Source: Candidatus Parcubacteria bacterium
GTDB taxonomy: Bacteria; Patescibacteriota; Minisyncoccia; Phycocordibacterales; JAACPR01
Assembly: GCA_041158505.1 (NCBI GenBank)
Contig: JBEBBG010000009.1
Location: 5,157-69,156, forward strand
DNA: 64,000 nucleotides
Reading direction: 5' to 3'
The translations under genes were made by a program, and so were the position numbers. The notes beneath the pieces were generated by a model. The model had not been told where the DNA came from. It ran no database searches and saw nothing but the letters and a program-made list of their open reading frames with translations. Of this stretch, positions 54,645 through 64,000 are shown one piece after another; the stretch's first letter is position 1; the number at the start of each line of letters is the position of its first letter.

Positions 54645-56263
54645 TTCGATTTTTAATCAAAAAACTCCGCGCGCTTCTCAAGCGTCAAATGCGTGATATT
54701 GCACTGTACCAAGACACGCACCCTACAACTCCGGTACCCACGGCAGTAGCGACGCCTGTCCTTACTCCAGTGCAAGAACCAAGCGAAGAAGAGCTTGAGG
54801 CAGATATCCCATCACCAAAAGCAATTGGAGTAGATGCAGCAGATGCACCAGCAAAGGAGGAGGTTGCTGATTCACCTGTTTCGGTCGCAGGCGCTTTTGT
54901 ACCAATGCAAGCGTTTAACCCAAACGTGGTCATCACACGCGTGCCGCCATCTCCAACAGGATCACTGCACGTTGGTACTGCGCGCACCATGCTCTTTAAC
55001 TACCTCTTTGCGCGTCAGAACGGCGGCAAACTCTACCTGCGCATGGAGGATACTGACAAGGAGCGCAGCAAAATTGAGCATGAAGCAGACATCATTGAGG
55101 GTCTGCAGTGGCTTGGACTAACCTGGGACAACAGCGACACCATTTACCGGCAGAGCGAGCAGACCGAACGCTACCGCGAAGCGCTTGAGTATTTGATCGC
55201 AACAGGCACAGCCTACGTTTCAAAGGAAGCAGCAGAAGAAGGGAAACGAGCAGAGGTGATTCGATTTAAGAATCCAAACAAGGTTGTCACCTTTACCGAT
55301 ATTATTCGTGGCGATATTAGCTTCGATACCACAGAGCTTGGCGATTTCGTGATTGCGAAATCGCTCGACGAACCGCTCTACCATCTTGCCGTCGTTGTTG
55401 ATGATATCGACATGGCAATTACGCACATCATTCGTGGTGAAGATCACATTTCAAACACACCTCGACAAATTCTTATCCAAGAGGCACTTGGTGCACCGCG
55501 TCCACAGTATGCACACGTACCGCTCCTACTCGGCGAAGACAAAGCAAAACTCTCGAAGCGTAAGGGTGCAAAATCAATTGATCAGTTCAAAGCAGAGGGA
55601 TACCTACCGCAAGCCGTGCTGAACTTCCTCGCGCTCCTTGGTTGGAATCCAGGAGATGATCGAGAACTATTCAGCCTCGAGGAACTCATTACCGCTTTCT
55701 CACTCGAAAATGTTCAGAAGGGAGGTGCCGTTTTCTCAGAGACAAAGCTCCGCTGGTTTAACCATGAGTACCTCAAACTGCTCACTCCTGAAGCCCAGAA
55801 AGAGCTCCTCAATAGCATCAAAGCAGCGCTTGAGGCTCATGGTGCCCCAAAAGCGCTTGCGCGTTCACTCACACCGCTCGTGTCTGAACGAATCGACATA
55901 CTCAGCGATGTCACCAAGCTTCTTGAAAGTGGTGAGTTGCAGTACTTTTTTGAGGCACCTACCTACGACGTTAATGGGTTGCTGTGGAAGAAGGCCGAGA
56001 GCCTTGCTGAGATGAAAACACACCTCAGCGCCGTTCGCGATATGATTGCACCACTTGAAACGTGGACACTCGAGCAGATTAAAGCAGTGGTCTGGGACTA
56101 CGCTGGTGAGCACGGTCGTGGCAATGTCCTTTGGCCATTTCGATTTGCGCTCTCAGGACGCGAGCAATCTCCTGACCCATTTGAGATTGCTGAAATTTTG
56201 GGAAAAGAAGAAACCCTTGCTAGAATTGATACTGCAGTAGCACGTATCAATGAGCACGCCTAA
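54641..56263 (+). CDS. gltX: Glutamate--tRNA ligase with about 90-aa N-terminal extension
   Basis: RVPPSPTGSLHVG, LRMEDTD, HIIRGEDHISNT, KLSKR. Confidence 0.95.
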   Translation: MIRFLIKKLRALLKRQMRDIALYQDTHPTTPVPTAVATPVLTPVQEPSEEELEADIPSPKAIGVDAADAPAKEEVADSPVSVAGAFVPMQAFNPNVVITRVPPSPTGSLHVGTARTMLFNYLFARQNGGKLYLRMEDTDKERSKIEHEADIIEGLQWLGLTWDNSDTIYRQSEQTERYREALEYLIATGTAYVSKEAAEEGKRAEVIRFKNPNKVVTFTDIIRGDISFDTTELGDFVIAKSLDEPLYHLAVVVDDIDMAITHIIRGEDHISNTPRQILIQEALGAPRPQYAHVPLLLGEDKAKLSKRKGAKSIDQFKAEGYLPQAVLNFLALLGWNPGDDRELFSLEELITAFSLENVQKGGAVFSETKLRWFNHEYLKLLTPEAQKELLNSIKAALEAHGAPKALARSLTPLVSERIDILSDVTKLLESGELQYFFEAPTYDVNGLLWKKAESLAEMKTHLSAVRDMIAPLETWTLEQIKAVVWDYAGEHGRGNVLWPFRFALSGREQSPDPFEIAEILGKEETLARIDTAVARINEHA

Positions 56264-57599
56264 GACCACACACCCAAGAGCACGACGACGAGCGCTCGCA
56301 GGTCTCTGCGGGCTCTTTGTTATGGTTGGCATACTCATGGGTACACCTCCAGAGTTTGCACTCGCTGATGAAGAAAAGATTGAAGAACTCCAAAAAAACA
56401 TTGGCGCACTAAACGACAAGCTCGACGAAATTAACCAAGCAATTAAGGAAGCAGAATCGCGTGTCGCAGCGTCGAGTGCAGAAGCGGCAAGTATTGCAAG
56501 CAGGGTCCGCCAGCTCGAAGCGAGCCGCTCAAAGATTGAGAAAGACATTTCGTATACCGAAACACAAATCCAAAAAACGCAGCTTGAAATTGAAAAAATC
56601 GGCTACGAAATTTCAGACAAGGAAACGCGCATCGCTCGCAATACTGAAGCACTGGCTGTTGCCATTAAAGAGCTCGATGCAATGGAATCACTCTCTTTGA
56701 TTGAGCTTTTGCTGGCATACGACAACCTTGGCGACTTTTTTAATCAGGTCCAGGCAATTGAAACATTCCAAGACACCGTGCAGGATACCGTGCTTACGCT
56801 TCGTGGCCTCAATACCGAACTTCGTACCAAGCAGCAAGCAGAAGCCCAAGAGAAGCAGCAACTTGAGTCGAGCAGAAAGCTATTGAGCGGTGAACGAGAA
56901 GCAGTTGCGAGCACAAAATCAAAACAACAAGAGCTCCTCACCGTTGCTCAAAAAACCGAAGCAGAGCAACGTGCGTACCTTGCTCAAAAGCAGCAAGAGA
57001 AGCAGCAGTTCGAATCAGCACTCCTCGAATTTGAATCAGAACTCAAAACGCTCATCGATCCAACGAGCTTTCCGAGTGCACGACAAGGAGTGCTGAGCTG
57101 GCCGGTTGATACCGTTCGCATTACACAGCAGTTTGGTGGTACGCAATTTGCAAAAAACAACCCACACATCTACGGTCGCGCAATGCACAATGGTACAGAC
57201 TTCGGCGTTCCTGTTGGTTCAAAGGTATATGCCGTCACCGATGGTGTGGTCCAAGCAAGCGGCAATACCGATGCATACCCAGGCTGCCGTTCATGGGGAA
57301 AGTGGATACTGGTAAAGCACACCAACGGCCTCAGTTCACTGTATGCACACCTCTCGAGCATTTTGGTAAATGAGGGAGATTCAGTCACTAAGGGGCAGAA
57401 TATTGCACTATCAGGCAATACAGGCGTCTCAACAGGACCACACCTACACCTCACCCTATATGCATCACAAGGTGTACAGGTAGTGAAATTTAACGAGTTC
57501 AAACCAGGCGCAACGGGATGTGCTGCGACCGGCGCTGCAACTCCAGTGGCACCACTTGAGGCATACCTCGATCCGATGACGTACTTGCCTAGTTTATAG
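56250..57599 (+). CDS. Coiled-coil M23 peptidase (EnvC/NlpD-like)
   Basis: Signal/TM, long coiled coil, HNGTDF, YAHLS, STGPHLH. Confidence 0.92.
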   Translation: MSTPKTTHPRARRRALAGLCGLFVMVGILMGTPPEFALADEEKIEELQKNIGALNDKLDEINQAIKEAESRVAASSAEAASIASRVRQLEASRSKIEKDISYTETQIQKTQLEIEKIGYEISDKETRIARNTEALAVAIKELDAMESLSLIELLLAYDNLGDFFNQVQAIETFQDTVQDTVLTLRGLNTELRTKQQAEAQEKQQLESSRKLLSGEREAVASTKSKQQELLTVAQKTEAEQRAYLAQKQQEKQQFESALLEFESELKTLIDPTSFPSARQGVLSWPVDTVRITQQFGGTQFAKNNPHIYGRAMHNGTDFGVPVGSKVYAVTDGVVQASGNTDAYPGCRSWGKWILVKHTNGLSSLYAHLSSILVNEGDSVTKGQNIALSGNTGVSTGPHLHLTLYASQGVQVVKFNEFKPGATGCAATGAATPVAPLEAYLDPMTYLPSL

Positions 57600-57660
57600 T
57601 GGAAAAATAAAAGCCGGCCAGTGATATGGGTGGTATACTTATGAGGTATACAGCGTGCGT

Positions 57661-58488
57661 ATGAGGGGGATTATTTTTAAAAAAAGTGCTTTTTCTTTGC
57701 TATGCGTAGCGTTAGTGTCTGCGCCATTTCTCGTATTTAGCCAGGAAGTAGTTTCCGATGCCCCTAGCGCACCATCGCAAGGATACTTTATCGATAATAC
57801 GAAGCCTGAAAACGAGCGCGTTGTTGAATCCGCAACGTTTGATAATGAATCGAGCAGTATTGTCCGATCAACAAACTCAGAAACACAAGAGGCTACTACT
57901 GAAACCGATACTCCCACCGAAGATCCTGCCGCAGCAGAGCAACCATCCGGAGAAGCAGAGAACGCTGCTGATGCTGCCGCTCCAGAACCTCAGGAAGAGG
58001 CACCTACAGCACAAGCAGCAGAAGAGGCACCAGCAGCAGAAACCACAACGGAACCTGCTCCCGAACCCGTTGCAGAAAAACCTACTCCTGCTCCAGTAGC
58101 GCAACCACAGGAAGAAGTTGAACCGCCAATGCGAACCTTCACAAAAAAGATTTTTGTGAATAAAGATGCTGTACACACCTGCACCGCAGAAGTCTTTAGT
58201 GTCGACATGAGCGGTCGCACCACCGCTCAAAACACCCTACAGCTCACCAAAGAAGCTGACATCGCATACGAACTCGAAGTTGGAAGTTTGCCAACAGGTA
58301 TCGATGTACGTTTTACAGACGGTAATAGCTACTACAAAAATATCGGTCTTGAAGACGAGAGCGCCGACTTTACGATTAGCCTCGAAAGCAACGCCGCAAA
58401 GGGAAGCTTTACTATCCCTATTATTTACACACAAAAGGGTGTCTTTGACTCATCAGTAGTTTGCCAGGTTAACGTAGTGAACCAATGA
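57661..58488 (+). CDS. Secreted acidic protein with Pro/Ala/Glu linker and C-terminal Ig-like domain
   Basis: Signal peptide, low-complexity linker, C-terminal GSLPTGI...GSFTIPIIY with Cys pair. Confidence 0.75.
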   Translation: MRGIIFKKSAFSLLCVALVSAPFLVFSQEVVSDAPSAPSQGYFIDNTKPENERVVESATFDNESSSIVRSTNSETQEATTETDTPTEDPAAAEQPSGEAENAADAAAPEPQEEAPTAQAAEEAPAAETTTEPAPEPVAEKPTPAPVAQPQEEVEPPMRTFTKKIFVNKDAVHTCTAEVFSVDMSGRTTAQNTLQLTKEADIAYELEVGSLPTGIDVRFTDGNSYYKNIGLEDESADFTISLESNAAKGSFTIPIIYTQKGVFDSSVVCQVNVVNQ

Positions 58489-59435
58489 GTAAGTATCTGA
58501 ACCAGCGCGCACTATCGCTACTAACGCTGCTCCTGTTTGTACTCTGTATAGTACTTACTATTTTTTATTTCCGGGAGAGGGAAAGTAATCCTGCGCACGC
58601 ACTCGAAACGTATAGCTTTATTAACCCTACTCGAAACCTCATTGAGCAAAAGCACTTCTTCTCAACACTTCAACCACTTCGTGAAGATATTCGTAACACC
58701 ATCGCTGACTACGAAGCCGAAGGATACCGAGTTGGTTTGTACTTTGAATACCTCAACACAGGTGGCAACATCTCGGTAAATCCGGACATGCGCTTTTGGC
58801 CTGCATCACTGAGCAAAATGCCAACGGCCTTTGTGGTCATGAAAAAAATACAAGATGGCGATTGGGAACTTTCAAATGAACTGGTCCTTTTTGAAGAAGA
58901 TCGAGATAATCGTTTTGGAATGCTCTACACAGAACCAGTTGGTACACGCCTCACTGTTGAAGAACTCCTCAAGAAGCTACTCGTCGAGTCTGATAACACG
59001 GCACACAAGATGCTTATTCGTAACGTTGCAAGTACTGAATTTGACATGCTTATTGAAGCGCTCGGTATGGGAGAGCTCTTCGATAAAGAATACGACATCA
59101 CCGCAAAAGAGTACTCGCGCATCTTTAGTGCACTCTTTAATGCAAGCTACCTAGACAGAGAGCATTCACAGATGCTTTTAACATACCTTGCAGAAACACC
59201 GTTTACAGAATTTATCGATAGCGGTATCCCGGATGATGTTGTCTTTTCACATAAAATCGGCGAGGAATTTGAGAAATCAGTCTTTTTGGATAGCGGTATT
59301 GTCTACGTACCAAATCGACCATACCTCATCACCATCATGGTCGACACGAGTGCTAACGACGGGGGTGTAGAGAAGGCAAAGGAAATTATGAAAACGCTTT
59401 CAGAAAAAGCATACAACTATGTGGCAAGCTATTAA
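58485..59435 (+). CDS. Class A beta-lactamase-related serine hydrolase
   Basis: TM anchor; PASLSK (SxxK), ESDN, HKIG, DSGIVY...PY. Confidence 0.85.
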   Translation: MSKYLNQRALSLLTLLLFVLCIVLTIFYFRERESNPAHALETYSFINPTRNLIEQKHFFSTLQPLREDIRNTIADYEAEGYRVGLYFEYLNTGGNISVNPDMRFWPASLSKMPTAFVVMKKIQDGDWELSNELVLFEEDRDNRFGMLYTEPVGTRLTVEELLKKLLVESDNTAHKMLIRNVASTEFDMLIEALGMGELFDKEYDITAKEYSRIFSALFNASYLDREHSQMLLTYLAETPFTEFIDSGIPDDVVFSHKIGEEFEKSVFLDSGIVYVPNRPYLITIMVDTSANDGGVEKAKEIMKTLSEKAYNYVASY

Positions 59436-62400
59436 ACAAGCAGCGAAGAAAGTATTTGTATGCATGCTCATACTCTTTTTGTTTCTTTCTGGTTTTCCAA
59501 GTAAAGACTTCTTTGCGTTTGCGCGAGATGCATTTCGAGATCGAAACGTAATCGACAGCCTGTACTTAGCGCTTCAGGATAAGGATGTAGTTGACCGAGA
59601 TGCTCAGCTTTTACTGAACTCACCAGTACCTAAAGCATCAGCCGCAACGTTTCAAATGAACTCTGGTTACTATATCGGTAACGGAGGTGTGAAAACTATT
59701 TCCGGACTTGGATTTCGTCCTGAATTAATCTTATTAAAATCTAACAGTGCAACAATCGCCAGTGTCTTTCACACAAATATCATGCCAGATGATACCACTG
59801 CATACATGGGTAGCGCCACAGCAGACAGTACCGCAGGATTTGTGAGAATTGAGGAAGATGGGTTTGAAGTGTACTCAACAGCAAACACTGCAAACACACG
59901 GTACACATGGGTTGCATTTGCTGGATCTGACTGTAGTGCTTCAGGCACTATGTGTATTGGAAGCTACGTGGGTAACGGTGCATCCAATCAAGCAATAACC
60001 TCCGTTGGTTTCCAACCTGATTTAGTATGGACAAAACGAACTACAAACGAACGATCCGCCACATGGAGATCCTCATCCATGTCTACTAACTACGGGCAAT
60101 ACTTCTCCGCCACCACACAAGATACGACGGGTGTGCTTTTCCAAACACTCGACGCGACAGGCTTTACTGTTGGGTTAAGCAATAACACAAGTACTGGTAT
60201 CTATTACTACGTCGCATTCAAAGAGGTATCTGGGTTTATGGATGTGGGCACCTATACGGGAAATGCTACAGACAACAGAAGTATTACAGGGGTTGGCTTT
60301 AAACCCGATTGGGTTTTCTTAAAAAATGCAAATGCAGGCACACCTGTTGCTGCCTCATTCTCACAAAAAGAAATGTACGGTGATTCAACAGGTCTGTTTA
60401 CAGCAGCTCAAAATATATCCGACTCTATCCAAACATTAGAAAGTGATGGATTTCAGGTTGGTGCAAATTCCAGTTCAAACGGAACAACCAACACTGTGCA
60501 CTATGCCGCTTTTAAAGGTGTTCCTGCAGTAAGTTCATCTGGTACATTCAAAATGGCAAGCGGTTCATACACTGCAGACAGCACCATTAAAATCATTGAG
60601 GGATTGGACTTCAAACCAGACCTAGTCATTATCAAAGGAGAAACCACGCAAGCCGGAGTATTTCGAACAAGTCTGATGGGAGGAAACTCTACTGCATATT
60701 TAGACTCCGCAACAGCAAACTTTTCCGGAGGTATTACTGCAATGAACCACGACGGTTTTACCATTGGTGAACACGCTACGGTAAACACCCACGGAATTAC
60801 GTACCACTGGCAAGCCTTTGGAGGTGCATGGAATCCAGAAACTAAATCAGGTTCATCTGATTTTTATATTGGCGCATACTACGGAAACACCCTTGATAAC
60901 AGAACTGTAGCAGATCTCCCGTTTCAAGCTGACTTACTTGTTGTAAAAAGATTTGGTGCCAGCGGTGGAGTGTTTAAGACATCAGCCCACACTGGTGACA
61001 CAACAAGTTCTTTTGCAGCAACAGCTGATGTGGCTGATTACATTCAAACTATAAATGCAGATGGTTTTCAGGTTGGGAACGGAGGATCATCAATTAATGC
61101 AAATGGGCAAATATACTTTTACTTTGGCTTTAAAGAAGGGAGTGATTTTGATGTGGGTACGTACTCTGGTAATGCTTCAGACAACCGCGATATCACAAAC
61201 CCTGGATTTGACCCTGACCTCGCTTGGATAAAGAGAAGCACAGCGGTAGCCGGCGTTACTCGTCCAAGCACGCTTGCCGGGGACCTGACACAATATTTTA
61301 TTACTACTGCACAAGCTGCTGGAAGAATTAAATCTTTTGTGACGGGTGGTTTTAGATTGGGAACCCAAACAGAAGTAAATGCCAGTGGCGGAACCTACTA
61401 CTACGCAACATGGGATGTAAACAGTACTCAGTCTGCCGTAGATCCAGTAGATTACGCCATGAGAACTGGTTACTACATGGGAAATGGAACACATCAAGAA
61501 ATTACAGGACTTGGCTTTAGGCCTGAGATGGTAATTATCAAAGCCAACACCAACGCTGGACACGGAACGGTGTACAAGAACGAGTATATGCCCGAAAGTG
61601 CTGTGAATGGCCTTGGTCTAAACTCGTCGAGCGCAGTCCTCACAGAAACAGCAACGTACGATATTATTTTTCAAGCAGACGGATTCCGTGTTGTTGGTGC
61701 AAACACAAATACTGTAAACGCGGGGTACACTTGGATTGCGTTTGCTGGATCAAACTGTACCATCACGGGCGCATTCTGTACGGGTGGATACCTTGGAACA
61801 TATGGTGTCACCAACGGTGTACCTGTATTTGGTAGAAAATTAAAAACTGGTTTTCCACCAGGACTGTTAGCAATTAGTACCAAATCAGCTGGAATCGGAC
61901 CAATTTTTACAACACAAGATTTTCAGACAGATATCGGGACACACGGTGCATTTGCAGCAGATTTCGGTGCTGCATCTGCTGCTACAGAACTCATGAAAAC
62001 TAATGATTTAGGAATCGGAATACTAAATGGTAACTACTCTATTAGTGCCATAGGACACTACTTCTTTGGATTTGCTGGCAAATCGGGCACATACGACACT
62101 GCGACATACGAATGGACTCGCACCGCAGGACCAACTGCTGGAAACGCGTTGAGCGGAAATAGCATAACTGTAGATAGTGTTGATGGAGACGTTTTTGTAG
62201 GAGGAAACTTTACTGGAACTGTTGATTTAGATCCTACAAGTGGTACGGATAGTCGCACTGCCACAGCCGGTGATATTTATCTAAGTAAGTACACCGCAAG
62301 TGGGTCGTATGGATGGAGCAGAGTATTTGGTGGGTCAGGATCAGATGCTGCAAGTAGTGTGGCAGCAGACAGTAGCGGAAATATCTTTGTATCAGGAAAC

Positions 62401-64000
62401 TTTTCCAACTCTGTTGATTTTGATGACACGGGGGGAACAGATACTAAAGCATCGGTTGGGTCATCAGACGTCTTTGTAACCAAGTACAACGCAGACGGGT
62501 CGTATGGATGGACTCGCAACTTTGGCAATAGTTCTGAAACTGAAAAAGCAATTACAACGGATCCAAGCGGCAATGTCTTTATTGTAGGAAGTTTTGGAGC
62601 CACAATCGATTTTGATGGCACCGCAGGAACTGATAGCAAAGGAGTATCGGGAAATATCGATGCTTTTCTTACTAAATACAACGCAGACGGGTCGTATGGG
62701 TGGACGAGAGCAGTAGGTGGAACAGCAGCTGATTCGGCTAACAGCGTTGCAACAGACAGTAGTGGTAATGTTTTTATAACAGGCAGCTTTACAGGAACTG
62801 TTGATTTGGATGGAACCGCAGGAACTGACAGCCGAACATCAAATACATCGTCAACTGATGTATTTATAACCAAATACAACGCAGACGGTACATATGGATG
62901 GAGCAGAGTATTTGGAGGAACCACTTCAAATGATCAGGGTATCGGTATTTCAGTTGATGGTGATGGAAATGTTTACACGACAGGAGAATTTGAGGGAACA
63001 GTTGACTTTGATGATAACGGAGGAACAGATAACGTAACGCCATTTAACAGCAAAGACGTCTTTGTAACCAAGTACAATGCAGATGGGTCGTATGGGTGGA
63101 CTAAACGTATGGGAACAAACGGTAACGACCTAGCTGCAGGTATTGCAGTTGACACCGACGGCAACAGTTTCACCTTAGGACATTACGCATCAGGTAGAGC
63201 ACTCATTCAATTGAGTTCGAGCGGTATCTTTAAAACAACAAATACCATACCGGATGTGCGTTCCACAGGAGCAAATGCCTTTACTGGTCACAAAGTCGCA
63301 ATTAATGGTGCTGATGTGCATGTCGTTGGTAACTTTAAGAATACAGTAAACTTTGATGACACTGGTGGAACTGATACCCACGTAGGAACTCCTATCGATA
63401 CCGAAAACCTCTTTACCATGAAGTACTCGTTTGGCACATACAACTACACGACGACACATAATGATGTGATTGAGAGTGATTCGTATGCAGGCGATGGCAC
63501 AAGCCGAACCATTACTACAGGTTTCAGCCCAGACTTCGTTTGGGTACGAGGAAATAACGGCAGTGCGTACAGTATTTTTAATACAAAAAACTCATTTGGT
63601 AGCAACACAAGTTTCATAAACGACCTCGCAAACCTTGTTGGTGGCATTACTGGACTTGGTACAAATAGTTTCCAAGTTGCAAACAACATTAACGCCAATC
63701 AAAGTGCTATAAACTACTACTACACAGCACTCAAAGAAACAGCTACTCCTGCCACACCAAGTGGATCATTCACCATGGAAACAGGTACGTACACAGGTAA
63801 TGGCGCATACAAACGAATCGGGGGATTAAGCGGTAAACCGGATTTACTAATTATCAAAGGCGAAACTACACAGCAATCAGTATTCCGCACAAAGGTAATG
63901 CCTTCAAACTCAACTGCGTATCTGGGTTCTGCAACGGCAAACCTTGGACTTGCGATTTCATCATTGAACCATGACGGGTTCAATGTCGGTAACAGTGCTA
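59419..64000 (+). CDS. Giant secreted repeat protein (>1527 aa, runs off window; absent from ORF track)
   Basis: Frame read by hand from ATG 59419 to 64000 with no stop; signal peptide, about ten 100-aa G.Y.GNG...GF.PD repeats and a propeller insert. Confidence 0.9.
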   Translation, partial: MWQAIKQAAKKVFVCMLILFLFLSGFPSKDFFAFARDAFRDRNVIDSLYLALQDKDVVDRDAQLLLNSPVPKASAATFQMNSGYYIGNGGVKTISGLGFRPELILLKSNSATIASVFHTNIMPDDTTAYMGSATADSTAGFVRIEEDGFEVYSTANTANTRYTWVAFAGSDCSASGTMCIGSYVGNGASNQAITSVGFQPDLVWTKRTTNERSATWRSSSMSTNYGQYFSATTQDTTGVLFQTLDATGFTVGLSNNTSTGIYYYVAFKEVSGFMDVGTYTGNATDNRSITGVGFKPDWVFLKNANAGTPVAASFSQKEMYGDSTGLFTAAQNISDSIQTLESDGFQVGANSSSNGTTNTVHYAAFKGVPAVSSSGTFKMASGSYTADSTIKIIEGLDFKPDLVIIKGETTQAGVFRTSLMGGNSTAYLDSATANFSGGITAMNHDGFTIGEHATVNTHGITYHWQAFGGAWNPETKSGSSDFYIGAYYGNTLDNRTVADLPFQADLLVVKRFGASGGVFKTSAHTGDTTSSFAATADVADYIQTINADGFQVGNGGSSINANGQIYFYFGFKEGSDFDVGTYSGNASDNRDITNPGFDPDLAWIKRSTAVAGVTRPSTLAGDLTQYFITTAQAAGRIKSFVTGGFRLGTQTEVNASGGTYYYATWDVNSTQSAVDPVDYAMRTGYYMGNGTHQEITGLGFRPEMVIIKANTNAGHGTVYKNEYMPESAVNGLGLNSSSAVLTETATYDIIFQADGFRVVGANTNTVNAGYTWIAFAGSNCTITGAFCTGGYLGTYGVTNGVPVFGRKLKTGFPPGLLAISTKSAGIGPIFTTQDFQTDIGTHGAFAADFGAASAATELMKTNDLGIGILNGNYSISAIGHYFFGFAGKSGTYDTATYEWTRTAGPTAGNALSGNSITVDSVDGDVFVGGNFTGTVDLDPTSGTDSRTATAGDIYLSKYTASGSYGWSRVFGGSGSDAASSVAADSSGNIFVSGNFSNSVDFDDTGGTDTKASVGSSDVFVTKYNADGSYGWTRNFGNSSETEKAITTDPSGNVFIVGSFGATIDFDGTAGTDSKGVSGNIDAFLTKYNADGSYGWTRAVGGTAADSANSVATDSSGNVFITGSFTGTVDLDGTAGTDSRTSNTSSTDVFITKYNADGTYGWSRVFGGTTSNDQGIGISVDGDGNVYTTGEFEGTVDFDDNGGTDNVTPFNSKDVFVTKYNADGSYGWTKRMGTNGNDLAAGIAVDTDGNSFTLGHYASGRALIQLSSSGIFKTTNTIPDVRSTGANAFTGHKVAINGADVHVVGNFKNTVNFDDTGGTDTHVGTPIDTENLFTMKYSFGTYNYTTTHNDVIESDSYAGDGTSRTITTGFSPDFVWVRGNNGSAYSIFNTKNSFGSNTSFINDLANLVGGITGLGTNSFQVANNINANQSAINYYYTALKETATPATPSGSFTMETGTYTGNGAYKRIGGLSGKPDLLIIKGETTQQSVFRTKVMPSNSTAYLGSATANLGLAISSLNHDGFNVGNSA
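62107..63432 (+). repeat. About seven SBBP-type beta-propeller blades (about 195-bp period) inside the giant ORF
   Basis: Recurrent D.F.TKYNADGSYGW.R...D..GN.F..G.F..TVDFD; DNA repeat AA(G/A)TACAA(C/T)GCAGA(C/T)GG near 62482, 62674, 62872, 63070. Confidence 0.85.

Noticed and set aside
62107-63432. About 195-bp-periodic DNA repeats suggesting CRISPR or DGR TR/VR
   Set aside because: In-frame propeller blades with mostly synonymous variation; no cas or reverse transcriptase genes.
60501-63983. Minus-strand ORFs in the last 3.5 kb
   Set aside because: Antisense shadows of the continuous + strand giant ORF.
1-64000. Alternative genetic code (TGA=Gly as in Gracilibacteria)
   Set aside because: Conserved genes are full length under code 11 and TGA ends murG and the 23801-24658 gene.

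Overview
A 64 kb stretch of a small-genome bacterium, most consistent with Patescibacteria/CPR (Parcubacteria-like gene set; standard code 11, with TGA used as stop). Almost all genes are on the + strand. Core content: ddl, tRNA-Ala(UGC), trhO, two mltG, ychF, leuS, mnmA, infA-rpsM-rpsK-rpsD-rpoA-rplQ-rplM-rpsI, grpE-dnaK-dnaJ, trpS, aspS, scpAB, a dacA-like gene, mraY, ftsW, murG, gltX and an M23 peptidase. Most notable accessory items: (1) an AT-rich insert between mraY and ftsW carrying a coupled HEPN-like / MazG-like / GIY-YIG-helicase(DUF2075) trio plus a hicB-hicA pair, a candidate undescribed defence system; (2) a tandemly duplicated two-gene surface-protein cassette with variable loops; (3) a giant repeat protein (>1527 aa, missed by the ORF track, running off the window end) with a beta-propeller inserted into a duplicated repeat block; (4) LeuRS with an inserted Nudix domain and GluRS with an amphipathic N-terminal extension; (5) pervasive leaderless-type promoters and an enriched ACGT-ATG start context. 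No CRISPR, rRNA, integrase, transposase or reverse transcriptase was seen. All family assignments are by motif recognition from memory; no database searches were run.
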